A DNA stretch of 60,158 nucleotides, counting the filler, from Catajapyx aquilonaris (taxonomy: Eukaryota): NCBI GenBank assembly GCA_000934665.2. It is 2 parts of 2 records of this genome, joined end to end, with 100 filler letters (N's around TTAATTAATTAA, not from the genome) between each part and the next. Parts side by side here need not be neighbours in the genome. Positions count along the whole stretch, not along the records: positions 30,134 to 60,158 come from JYFJ02004699.1; 1 more part is not named here. One strand, given 5' to 3'. Under the pieces are notes generated by a model. The model did no database searches, had not been told where the DNA came from, and saw nothing but the letters and a program-made list of their open reading frames with translations. Position 1 is the first letter of the stretch, and each line of letters begins with the position of its first letter. The translations under genes and the position numbers were made by a program. This document shows, in pieces, positions 48,701 through 60,158 of the stretch.

Positions 48701-51076
48701 CCCTCCAAGTTTACACACACGGTGCAAGTTCGTAAACTGCAAGAAAGTACTCTGCCAGTACCGGTCATGTTGGATTTTACTGGACAGTTTTAGGAGCAAT
48801 AATCCTGCAAAAGCAACTGAAATGCATTACGCTTTCCAACAACAAGTACGCTGCAATGGAAGTGATATACCTCCCCGGGTAATGCAGCCTAACCTGCACT
48901 AAAAAAAGCTTGTGCTCTCAATTCCCGTGACAAACACTGCGCACTAATGCCAGGCTGAATTTTTCAGTCCCTTATGTTTCAATCAACCTCCCAGTGCATA
49001 ATGCAACGCGCACACACCGCTGAAACTTTTATATATCCACGACTCTCCCCCCATATATACGTTACTAATTCCAAGCTCTCTCTCTCTCTCTTCTCTCCAA
49101 TTCGGATTTCCCACGCAGGACGCCAGTCTTCGATCAAAAACCTGGGTGCAGCTGGTTGTGGCGTCGCCTTGCAGAGGGCAGAATCTGACGGCAGCGTCGG
49201 TGGCGTCCGGCATACGTCGCTACTCTACATCATCCCCCAAACTGCACACCACAACTGTCATTAAAAGCTAGGATGCAGCTGATTAAAATAAGGAACTTGG
49301 CACGAAACGGCCCTAATTATTCTCCGGGCTTAATTAACCTTTGGAGAAAATCGCCAGCTCACATTGACAGATTTATGCCAAGAGTGTGCCTCCACCGAAA
49401 TAATAATAAAAAATCCTGCCATCATGTACACGCAACAAACAGTCAATAGTCCGCATAATTAGTCTGAAAAACGCAATGCAAGATGGGAGAGGCGAGCTGT
49501 GTGGACAGGGGGCTGCACTCTGTTTAATTAGATGGTTAAGTCAACTAGCTGGAGGGTTGGGAGTTGGGTGTGGCGGTGGAGGAACCATGTCGCAACAAAC
49601 ACACTTAGGATGCGCTTCCGCTGACTCGCGGGGGGTCCGGACCAGAACCACAAAGCATGCCTAATTTACAAAGCAATCTGACCTCAGACTTGAAAACTGC
49701 GACTGTCCCTAGGACATTGCCTCTTTAACCCGCACCTCCCAGTCATTTTCTTATATTACGGCCAATCAAACCTGGCCATATACACACCACACGTCTGCGC
49801 AAACTTGTCTCACTTTTACGAGTTAATAAAATGACGCGTGATGAAATCCAGGCTAGCTTTTTTTTTCCTTGAATAGTGCTGGAGAATTCAAATGTCAATA
49901 ATAAGTTTTGAAACACTGCACGATTATAACCTGCGCAGGCCTTGAAACGCAAACAATCAACAGATGTGTTTTATGTCAATTCGGTTCCCGAAATCGATTT
50001 CCTATTGCGCCCTCCTCCTGTTTGAATACTTGATGAGGACGAGAAAAGTTGTGGGTCTCTCCTTTGGAGAAGAAAAAAAAAAGGTCCTTCCCCAATTTCT
50101 TATTCCGACCCCAAAAAGCGACCGTGACCTTCCTTATGATCCCAGCATCGGGCCCATTCACAAGTTATTCATCAGAAGCAGCCGCCAATCAGAGCGGACG
50201 TCTTTCCGCCCCATTCACTTCCTTCCTATATATAGGGTTTCTCCCCAGAGTGACATGTAATCAAAAGTCTGTAGGACTCTGGTACCTGAGCCACCAAACC
50301 TACATTTTAATGAGTATTGATTCGGGCCATTCGAGACCCCCCCCTTCCCTAACTTGAAACCTAGTTACGTCCGGCCCAGTGAAGCAATTAGCCCAGACCT
50401 CAGGAGATGTAATTCGCTCCGGACGAGCAGTTATATAAATAATACAATCCACCCTACTCCGACTTCCAAGGAAAAAGAAGTGCAGCCTAAGCGAACCCAG
50501 TTAAGAGAACCTTGAATTCAAAGGATTCGCTAATTAGTTCGCAATGCACAGGCAGGGTGGGGGGGGATTTAAGACACAAATCCAAACTTGCAGATATTTA
50601 CCGCTAGACTTTTCCCTAATTGGCGTTAAGTACAGGCAGCTTCCCTTTGGCCCAAACGGAGCCATATTTCGCCGAATGTCGGATATGCGGAATTACGAGT
50701 TAATACCGTGTAAAATAATAAATGAATGCGGGGGGTGTTTTTCATATGTATACATTTGGCTCAAAGGCGCTGTGAACCTGTTGCCATGCACCGGCGCACA
50801 AACACGATGCTATGATGGCTTAAGACACGACGTTATTCAAACTAGAGACGCCTTCAATGCCAAGCGACGCTTGTCATTAAAAATAAAGGGTCGAATTTTC
50901 TCTCCACTGCTTAGTTACAGCTAAGTTAGCAGTAACTAACAGTTGGGATGAAAATTCCGCTCCAAGTTTTAAACAATGGCTAACCGAATCCCATCACAAT
51001 GAGAAGTGTAAAATTTCCGTAGTTTCGTAAATAGAAACGTCACATCTGATTGCTTATGGTGTGTAAAAAGCTGGCG

Positions 51077-51155
51077 AGGTGAAACCTCGATCTATCGTTC
51101 CCGGGTCTATAGTTTTCCCGTATCCATCGCTTTTCGATGAATTGAGGTTTCACTG
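51077..51155. mobile_element. Tigger/pogo-type MITE remnant
   Basis: GTGAAACCTCGATCTATCG ... CGATGAATTGAGGTTTCACTG followed by TA; the left terminus is degenerate. Confidence 0.55.
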
Positions 51156-54100
51156 TACGTACAGTAGTTGCAAATATTAGTGAAGGACTGGAGGTCGACA
51201 GTGCAATGTTTCCACGAATTCTTTTTTCCTGTATAATATTATTCAAAACCTGCTGCTCGGTACTCAGTACTCTGTGTTTATTAATCTGCGACACCACCTG
51301 TTACACATCATGATCCAACTAAACGCCGCCATAACATCACTTCCACCACGAGCTGAGCGCCATCTCCACCGCAGCGACCGAACCTGCGAACACCATTAGT
51401 GTATTTTGAGGCCAGCCTATCTCTGCGTCAGTCCACGACTATAATAGCCTATCCAAACCCCTTTGGCATTTCACAGTTTGGGACACGCGTGTCTAGAATT
51501 GCACCGACGTGGAATCAGGCGACAAGTAGCTTCTCTCTGGCACACGCGACGTGTCAGGCCAAAGAAGCCAAGCACATTCCCACCTTACACAGCAGGGAGG
51601 GAGCATACATGGCCCACCCTCTCTTGTCACCACCACTGGAATTACATTGTAAATTCCGAGCCACCATGTTGGAAGAGAGGACTATGATAACCACGCCCTT
51701 TGAGACGCGGGTAATGGATGACAAGGGAGCCATCACAGGGGCTCGACTGCCAGTTCACAGCGCGATTTTTTCGAACCCAAGTGCCGCCCGAAACGACTCT
51801 TCGCCTTCGCAAGTGAATATAACAGCTTAAAGCAGCCGCCCCCCCTCAAGACTTGGAGCTTTCCACGACGTAAACGGGCCTCATCCTTTTATCAACCGCG
51901 ATGCGAAAGTCATTTTAATAATTTATCCGGAAATACAAAGGAATCCTTTGGACCCGACATGAATATTAATGCCGGTGCAATTCGCCAACTTCGACATCTA
52001 ACGGCATATTTAATGCGAATCCTTTGCAAACGTTTCGGTCGGTGTTATTACGCTTCAAATAAGGTAAGGCAGGACGCTTAATTCGCTTGTATGGCGGTTT
52101 GGAGGCAAATTCCTCCGGAAATTCCCAGATCGGCCCAACTTTAAGCTTCACTCTCTTTTAGCCTCTCAGAATATGATGACAGCCCGAGTCAATCTGACTG
52201 CTGGCATTGGATGCCCTGAAACTTTTTTTAAAAAAATCTCTCTTCAGGTACAGCTTCCGTTCTGGATCTGAATACAATGCGCTCCTGGATTTTGCTGGGT
52301 TCTAAATATTTCACGGGAGTCGTGTCTTCCGGCACGCGAGGCATAGTCCGGCCGAATAATAACTCGCAGGGTCTCGCACGCCATTGGGGCATCAGCAAAG
52401 GGCACCTTCGCCTCCGTTACCCAGTTTTTATGACCCGCACATGTGAGGCGGTTAAACCACTCAAGCACTTGAAGGGGCCAGTGGATATCAAACGAGAGAG
52501 AATAAGGAAACTAAATATGCAAGGCGTGACGACAACAAAAATATCAGGATGTTGTGAAATAGCCGTATAAAACATTACGAGTCGTGACTGTCCAAATCTT
52601 CCCGAGAGAATTCGCTATATAATTTAAACTGTAAGTGTTACCATACCATGCAGTTTTAATATACGCGGGTTCAGTCACTGGAAGCAGACACATTGTCGAA
52701 CGTAGGCGAAGACAAGGCTGTACTGTACTATAATTCCTAATTTAAGCTAATTATCTCGCTAACGAGGCGCAGCTGACCACTGACACCTGAACGTGTAATA
52801 ATCATTATAGGTGACCAGAAATTCCGTCGAGAAATTTGTCGCTTTAATTAATGAACACCCCCATACACAGCCCTTTATAGCCACGCGAGATCCTTCTCTG
52901 CAGTAATAAGAGCAAGACCTCTTTGCCAAATGCAATGACGATGAGACCTTTCATTTAATTCGCAGGTACATACACATAAGCATTAACAGCCCGTTTATAA
53001 ACTACCAGCTAAAAAAAAACTGTCAGAAAGCCTCGTAATTTTCATCTGACTGACACAGGTCATTGTTCGGGCAACTGATCAAGAGCAGTTCATATCAACG
53101 CGAAAAAGTACCTGCCACATGTGCAAATTGGTCGTGACACAATATTGCAGTCCTCACTCAGATTGGCACAGGTTGACGCCCTGTTTTTGCACATGCAAAT
53201 ATCCCAACTGGTTCCATTTGACCGCACTTCACGTCTAATTCACTTGCGCTGTTCACGCATTTAACATATATCTCGCCACAAATGCGTGACGCCGAGCTGT
53301 GGCAGCGTAAAAGGCCTCCGCTTGTTTATGTTAATATTAAATCGGTGTTTGGTGTTAATGAGACGACCTGTGACACGTTGAATCCACGGGACAAGAGCAG
53401 GGGAATCCTTCTTTCAGATGACGTAACAGACACGTCACAAAAAAAATTTGCAGAATAAAAAAAAGCTGAACTTGTCGAAGCCACACATTTCACGCGTGGT
53501 TAACCGTATCGTATAAAACGGTCCCATCTATTTATACACGAGGTTGCAGGCAGACGGCCATGCAAATTGGCATTATGGCATTTGCGATTCAATTATCAGC
53601 CCTATTTGGTCAGGTTCACTGAGCTCCATCCGCCTTTGCTATTGTGAAAAGAAGTCTGCAGGGGTTCTCAACTGAACTTGACCATTTCGCACCCCCTTTT
53701 TTTTCTTCTTCTTCTTCAAAATAGTTCGAAGCAGTGACAGGGTGAGGGGAAAAGCATATACATTCAAAGATTGTCATGCTACCAAACGAGGGATCAATAC
53801 ATTTACTCACTCCTGGCGACCGAATACTGAGTTGATTTTCACTTTCCGCCTCGAATGCTGCAAATACGTGCGCCGCTGCCTCGGCTTTTCAGCTGATACG
53901 ACGGAAAATCCTGCGTTTTGCAGCCATTGAAAATGTTTTCCTGCTACAACTATACCACTGCTGTAAACCTAAAAGTGCAGTAAACTTCCCAGCTCATAAC
54001 TTTCGGAGGAGTTAGATGATCGAGAGAGAGAGACATGAAAAAAATCAGGTTGACGTATTCGCCAGATGTGAGTAGCAATAAATAAGTCAATTTGGTATAT

Positions 54101-57100
54101 TTCCCACGCTGCATTCAATTACGTCTCGAAAGTTTTGCTTGTTAGAAATATTGGCAGATTCGTTGTCAGTTGGCAGGCGTCCACACTTGCCATAAACTGA
54201 CACCTAACTATCAGTAATGCGAACTTGTACTTTGATTGCCCAAAGTTATACAACCACGCTGTTCTTGCACCCCAAAATTACTTAGTAAAGAAGCCGTATT
54301 TTCTTTATCCGGTCACATTCCATGTTCTTTTACCACAGCCATTGGCGCAACAAGGTAATGTCCCGCGGGGTTATACAATTTCTTCCGCAATTAAGCCCGA
54401 TTAATTCCCCGTTTTATCGACGGCAGACCATACTGCCAATGGCAGATCACCTTCCTTATACAGCTTAACTTTTCTTAAGCGTCCAATAATTCCATCGGAC
54501 CCCATCCATACAGCAAGCCGTAATGAGAAAATGATAAAATTCCTGGCCCCTCCCTTTTAATCCTCTTTTGCATAGATAAAATTATTGAAGAAACACCCCG
54601 CACGAGGCACATAAACCCGACCTAAATGAGGACTTGAGAGCCTCCTTAAACCGTAAAGCACGGGAGCAAATCGCTCGTTTATTATTAACAACTTTGCCTC
54701 ATCCTGACTTTTCCGGTGTCTCTGAACCCACAAGACCAGAGGATGTGTACTCGTCTTTAAAACACTGATGGGTGTATCCATCTAGCTCCCATGTTTCTAA
54801 CGCCAAAACAACACAGGCAGCACCGCCCCTCTCATAAAAGTCACCATTCAATATGGGCTAATTATGGAGCCTAATCAGTACTTGAATCCGGATAACAAAC
54901 CCTGCTTTAAAATTAATTGAGTGGCTGAACGGCTGTCCCGAGTGTCATCAGTTTCCCAGCTGTCTTCATTAGTGTCAAATAAGTTCTCCTACGGGGGTGA
55001 TCGCCTGGGAATCGCTTCGGCACGACAACCTATTATTTCACGCGTTTAAAATTTACGAATTAAGAAGCCAGTTTTGATTCGCTTTAAAAACAACGACTCT
55101 AAAAACACTGCCAACTGAGCATTGCATTTTTAAAGTTAACTTAGGCGTAAGGGGCGGGGGGAAGGCCGGTGAATCTAATTCCCTTTGGAAAGAGAGGAGA
55201 AATCGGCAGAAGGGATTGCACAAACACCACTTCCTTTTGATCTCCACCCAGCCGCTTCTGTCCATAGCTCGTCTGGCTTTTTTTTATCCCTTATTTTTAC
55301 TGTGACATCATCCGCACATGACCCTTACTTTCTATCAAGGCAGACGCAAAAAAAATTTCAAGCTTGTTTTAAAACGTGTACAAAGTGAAAACGCAACGAT
55401 ATAGAAGCAGTGTGAGAGTCATTCTATTCACACATTTTGCCAATGGATTAAGACAATGGGAATTACAAAAAAAACAAACTAATCAGATATGCTGGGGGAA
55501 GCACCATTCGAATTGAGAATAATCAGTGACAATCTTTTTCTTCCCTCCTACCAGATTCTTAAAAGAGTATATAGAATATTGCGTATAGGTTGAGCTCGTT
55601 TCTTTCCACGTTGTTTTGGGTCCTTATATAGACCCAGTTATAACCCGGTGACACGCTATCATGAAAAATATCACGATATTTCCCTACACAAAAGGGAAAC
55701 ATAAGTGCAAGCTATTTAACAAAACCAATGTTTAGAAACCTGAATGAAACTGATCAAAATTATTGTCGATGGTGTATTATTATAGCTAGTAATTCCGTAT
55801 TAGTAGAAATTCCCAGCAAATACTTGCCAAGTTTGCACATGTTGAATTTCAGTTCACTGGAACTTCTTAATTGCATAAAAATTTTACTTTCAGTTCTGCT
55901 CTCCAAGGCACAATGTCTTGTATTACAGAAACCACACGGATATCGGTAACAATAACGAGGTACAAAAGATTTCATTTCCTTCCACCCATTGTTTCCGAGT
56001 AATAATGAACAGAAATGCCCTTTCCGTCTGACAAGTTCAAGAGTTACATAAACCAAAAACTCCGGATGTATTTCCAGCTCATTAATCCATTAGACGAACT
56101 CCGAGGAAAACAGAACTGGATGTCGCAAACACATACAATATTAAGGGTCTCCTCCAACCTTGATCTTCGATTGCAGCTCAGGCAAACCCCCCCTCCCTCA
56201 CAGAAATCATCAAACCCACGCAAGTCTGTGGATAATGGGACACACCAAGAGAAGTGGAAGAGGGGGGGCAAAAATTGACTAGGGGACAAAACCTGAAAAG
56301 CGCAATGCAGACTTCGGTACAACGGGTATAAAAATGCACGACACTATTAACCTGGCGGACGCGGAGCAATGACTCCTGGTAAGCAATCAATATCAGGAGG
56401 CAATGCCGGTGGAAAAACATATTGGGGGATCGCCCTTGAATTGCGCCGTCTCCCCTCCGATTAATGACCCCATGTCATTTTTCGGACGTGCCTTTTCCCA
56501 TTGGTTATATATGCCACAGCACAACCGCTGGCAGGCAGATGTTGACGTACACTCAAGGCATTTTGAAACGACATGATTGCACGAGAGTGAAGGGCAGCAT
56601 TTTTTTTTCCACCCCCACTGCCGGAAAAAGCTTTCACATCATTATGCGGCGCACTGAAAACGGCACAACAACCCCCCATGTATCAATGACCTGTGTGACA
56701 ATTACTGTCGAATCATTAATTACCGCGCATTACAGTAACAAATTGTAATCGATCCGCATCCGATGCATAATGGCCAACCAGACAGCGTATATCTGCAAAA
56801 CGCGAAACCACACGCGCAATATTTCATTCCTAATCAATTTACTTGTCTTGCAAGTGATGCTTTTCCTGTGCATCTAAAATGCGGCCATTTCTCTCTGCCG
56901 GCTGCACCGCTATTCAACAATAACAACAATCAACTTTTGAGCAGCCGATTTAATTGCTCAGAATGTGGATAAATGTGGCCAGATTAGGCGCAAGTAACTG
57001 CGCCATCACCCACAGACAACCCACAGGCATTTACGTCAATTCCTCGAATGAGAAATGACTCGTGAGATGCCAGTCTGTCAGGAGACCCTAATTGGACCAA

Positions 57101-59280
57101 CTCACACTAAGTTGCGCTCAAAGGTAAGTAAATTTCACACGTTCTCGGATGGTACAAGACATGGCACGAGCCGTTTTCTCGGAGAGTCAAGATATGTTGT
57201 ATGGCGCCCTTTCTGACTCTTTTGGGACTACAAAGCTCCTTCTGCACCTCGATTCCCTGGGGGGTTGAAGTGCGATAAATGCTAAATAGTTTCTGCATCT
57301 AATTTCCGGAGGGAAAACTCAAACTTGCTCATCTCAACCAAACTGAACTCTGTCTCGATTTCCTTATTTTCCAGGTAAAAAAAACGAAGAAAAGACGTGA
57401 GCGGAGATAAGGAAGGATAATTTGAGAAGGCCTTTGAGTCTGCTTTATTAACTTACCAGTTATGCAGATGTTGTCGAGAGGAAACTTATTACATCTGAAG
57501 ACAATCATTCCCGCTGCGAAAATAGGAGACGCCACGATATAATTTACCACCTTTGCGTCAATAGATGGAAGGAAAACCTTGGGTTAGAAGTAATTCAATG
57601 CACAGAAAAAAAAAGCTGCATGAGGTAATATTATTTGCTGAAAAAACTGATCATAACCCATGTAAATGCGAATTTTTCTATGCAAAATATGATGTGCAGG
57701 TCGCCCCAAGTCATCGCCTTATATTTCCTGGACAGGTTTGTGCCCCCAAATCATTTTTGTCCCCTGCACTATACGCTGGTATATTTTTATATCTTTTTCG
57801 TCCAGGTCACTCTGTATAGCTGCGAGGAAAATATTTTTCCTTGGCATTTACCCCCTTCTGAATATAGCCACGTTTTGATCAACACATCCTGCCCTTTCCC
57901 GCAAAAAAAAAAGTTTTTCCTGGCACGGCCTATGCATAACCCTGTCATTAAATAATTTAGAAGTTAATCTAGGTCCTCCCTCCAACCCCGCCGTTACTCT
58001 CTGGCAGATGGCACTGCTTTAAATAAGCCAGTAAAAATTTCTAGCAGTGCATTTCCGCCTAGAGCCCAAATTCCATTTTCTTGATCCCCCCGTCCTCCTT
58101 TCCCCGGCTCGCAGAGAGCCTCCAGAAACTTTTTCCTATTTGTCTCGTGTCAGAAACAATCCACCCAGAGAACATTCGTCATTATAAGACACGAACCATC
58201 CCTCCAATAGCACGGGGGGGAAAGCCTCGCAACTGTCAAATAAAACTTGCTCACCCTCTCTCTTTCTCTGGCTCGGCCCCCCCCGACTGTCCAGCACCTA
58301 CGTCTCTCTCTTAACTTTGCTGTCACTCCAAACTAGAGAAGCCAATAATATTCACTTCCGACTCCCAGACAAAAACCGACCATCAAATGATGCCCAAGCC
58401 GATCAAGCCAATCCCTCCCAACTTTCAAACGGAGAAGTTATCACTAAAAGCTATTATACTGAAGGAAAGTACCTTTTGTAAATTGATATCATTCAACGCA
58501 GAAAATAGCCACGAGTTTCGTACACGCATTCTATAGTTAGACAATCGGAGGAGATACCGGGTATACAGGGAGGGAGTGGGGGAAGTTGGGGGGTAAAAAA
58601 ATATATGTGCATACATTCCAGTCAAGACGAGGGGAAACCAGATTTACAGTTCCGTTGCTTTTTTTGGCCAAGAGAAACGCATATGTCGGCTATGAATATT
58701 CATAAAAAATTCCAACTAATCACGTTCGAAACAGTTATTTTCATCATAGATCATCTGATCTGCTGATATCATACAGCTTTAGTGTATACAAACTGTATCA
58801 AAATCCGCCACAATGAGCAGATACTCTTATGCCACTTTTCGCATGACTGAGTGAAAACTCAAACCCATAAGCCGACCTTCACTTTTTCTTCTATTCACTT
58901 CGGCGAACAAAAACCCAGGATTGCACAATGAAATTTGCAGGCGAAGGTCGCAGGTGTTGTCATGATTACTTCTCAACCACCGGATGGGAAGTGGTGGTGG
59001 TGGAAAAAATATATATATCGCACAAGCCTTTTCCGTGTGCATTGCGGTTCACCCCTACCACCCTGTTATCAGTGTATATTAACTGATACAAGACAATTGC
59101 GTCACCCGGAAGACTCGAAGTGATAAGATCCGGTTACTATTTTTCTCTTCCCGAGCGCATTAACTTTTTTTTCTTTGAACTACTCTCTCAACTGCAGTCC
59201 ATGGAGGGCGTAAACTGCATGCGATTAGCGTTAATGCAAGCAAATGCACACAAAGTATAATGTGATTTAGGGAAACCCAA

Positions 59281-59758
59281 TTAACGTGGACCCGTATAGT
59301 CATGGCGATCGGATGATGTGGCACATCGCTCATTTGGTAGCAGCGCCAGGGTTATACATTTTTTTCCTGATTCGCCGTCATCAAAGCAAGGATGCAACTG
59401 GAAGCTGCTCGTTTTATCCCCCCCCAGCAAAGATGATTCGATTAAATGCGTGCGGTAAGCACACAATTTTGCTTGTTAAGCTGCAGAACACAAACGAGTG
59501 GGTTAGATAATATGATTANTAACGTGGACCCGTATATAGTCATGGCGATCGGATGATGTGGCACATCGCTCATTTGGTAGCAGCGCCAGGGTTATACATT
59601 TTTTTCCTGATTCGCCGTCATCAAAGCAAGGATGCAACTGGAAGCTGCTCGTTTTATCCCCCCCCAGCAAAGATGATTCGATTAAATGCGTGCGGTAAGC
59701 ACACAATTTTGCTTGTTAAGCTGCAGAACACAAACGAGTGGGTTAGATAATATGATTA
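59281..59758. repeat. Near-identical ~239-bp tandem duplication across a single N (probable assembly artefact)
   Basis: 59281-59518 is repeated at 59520-59758. The only difference I saw is a 2-bp TA indel, and the copies are separated by N at 59519. Confidence 0.85.
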
Positions 59759-60158
59759 AGATAATTACTGCACACTACCCCGTATATGCGAAATTAAATG
59801 TGACGGCACAGCTTTCTATCAACGCATTCAGGCAACATGTTTCTGTCTAGTTCATTCCGACTGCTCAAGACTTGCCAAAGCACGTTAGATACGGTGAGTC
59901 TAATTAGCTACCTTAATTGCCACAAGGTCCCATCTCTAATAAATTTCAAAAAAGTTTCGTGCACCTCTGCAGTACACATGGCGTTAGAAATCGACAAAAA
60001 AGAATCCAAGAGACAAAATGGATCAGTTTCATTTTGGACAAGCAGTTAGTGGGATGGTTAGTTCGGAGGTGGTGGTATATAGGAACCAAAAAAGAGAGGG
60101 CCTGGCAAGAAGAAATCCAACTAAATACCTGAACAGCATGAACTGGCTGAAGCTATAG

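Noticed and set aside
42359..57130. Isolated strong splice-donor motifs (~42523, ~46311, ~57123) as exons of a hidden gene
   Set aside because: I could not assemble a coherent reading frame or recognise any homology; expected by chance in 30 kb.
59281..59758. Biological tandem duplication
   Set aside because: The copies are virtually identical and meet at a single N, which is typical of an unmerged contig or haplotype overlap.

Overview
Eukaryotic, most likely arthropod, genomic DNA. It consists of two contigs joined at 30034-30133 by an artificial spacer (N44-TTAATTAATTAA-N44). The left 16 kb is a transposon-rich patchwork: the 5' LTR and tRNA-Ser PBS of an LTR retroelement, LINE tails, tRNA-derived SINEs, an intact 1069-aa Mutator (MULE) transposase with an ING-type PHD finger, a decayed Harbinger (MADF + transposase), a mariner-derived foldback, and MITEs. 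Next comes an intronless BC-box/LRR gene (16502-18022, +). Convergent with it is the 3' portion of dumpy (- strand, 21 exons reconstructed from 29978 to 18813, about 2,920 aa: EGF/DPY repeats, ZP domain, furin site, TM helix, conserved tail), cut off at the gap. In the right 30 kb I found no recognisable coding sequence; it looks like a long intronic, intergenic or regulatory tract with a duplication artefact at the far end. No CRISPR or other prokaryotic system is present. The best candidate for unusual biology is the PHD-bearing MULE transposase. All family assignments come from motif recognition by eye; no database search was run.
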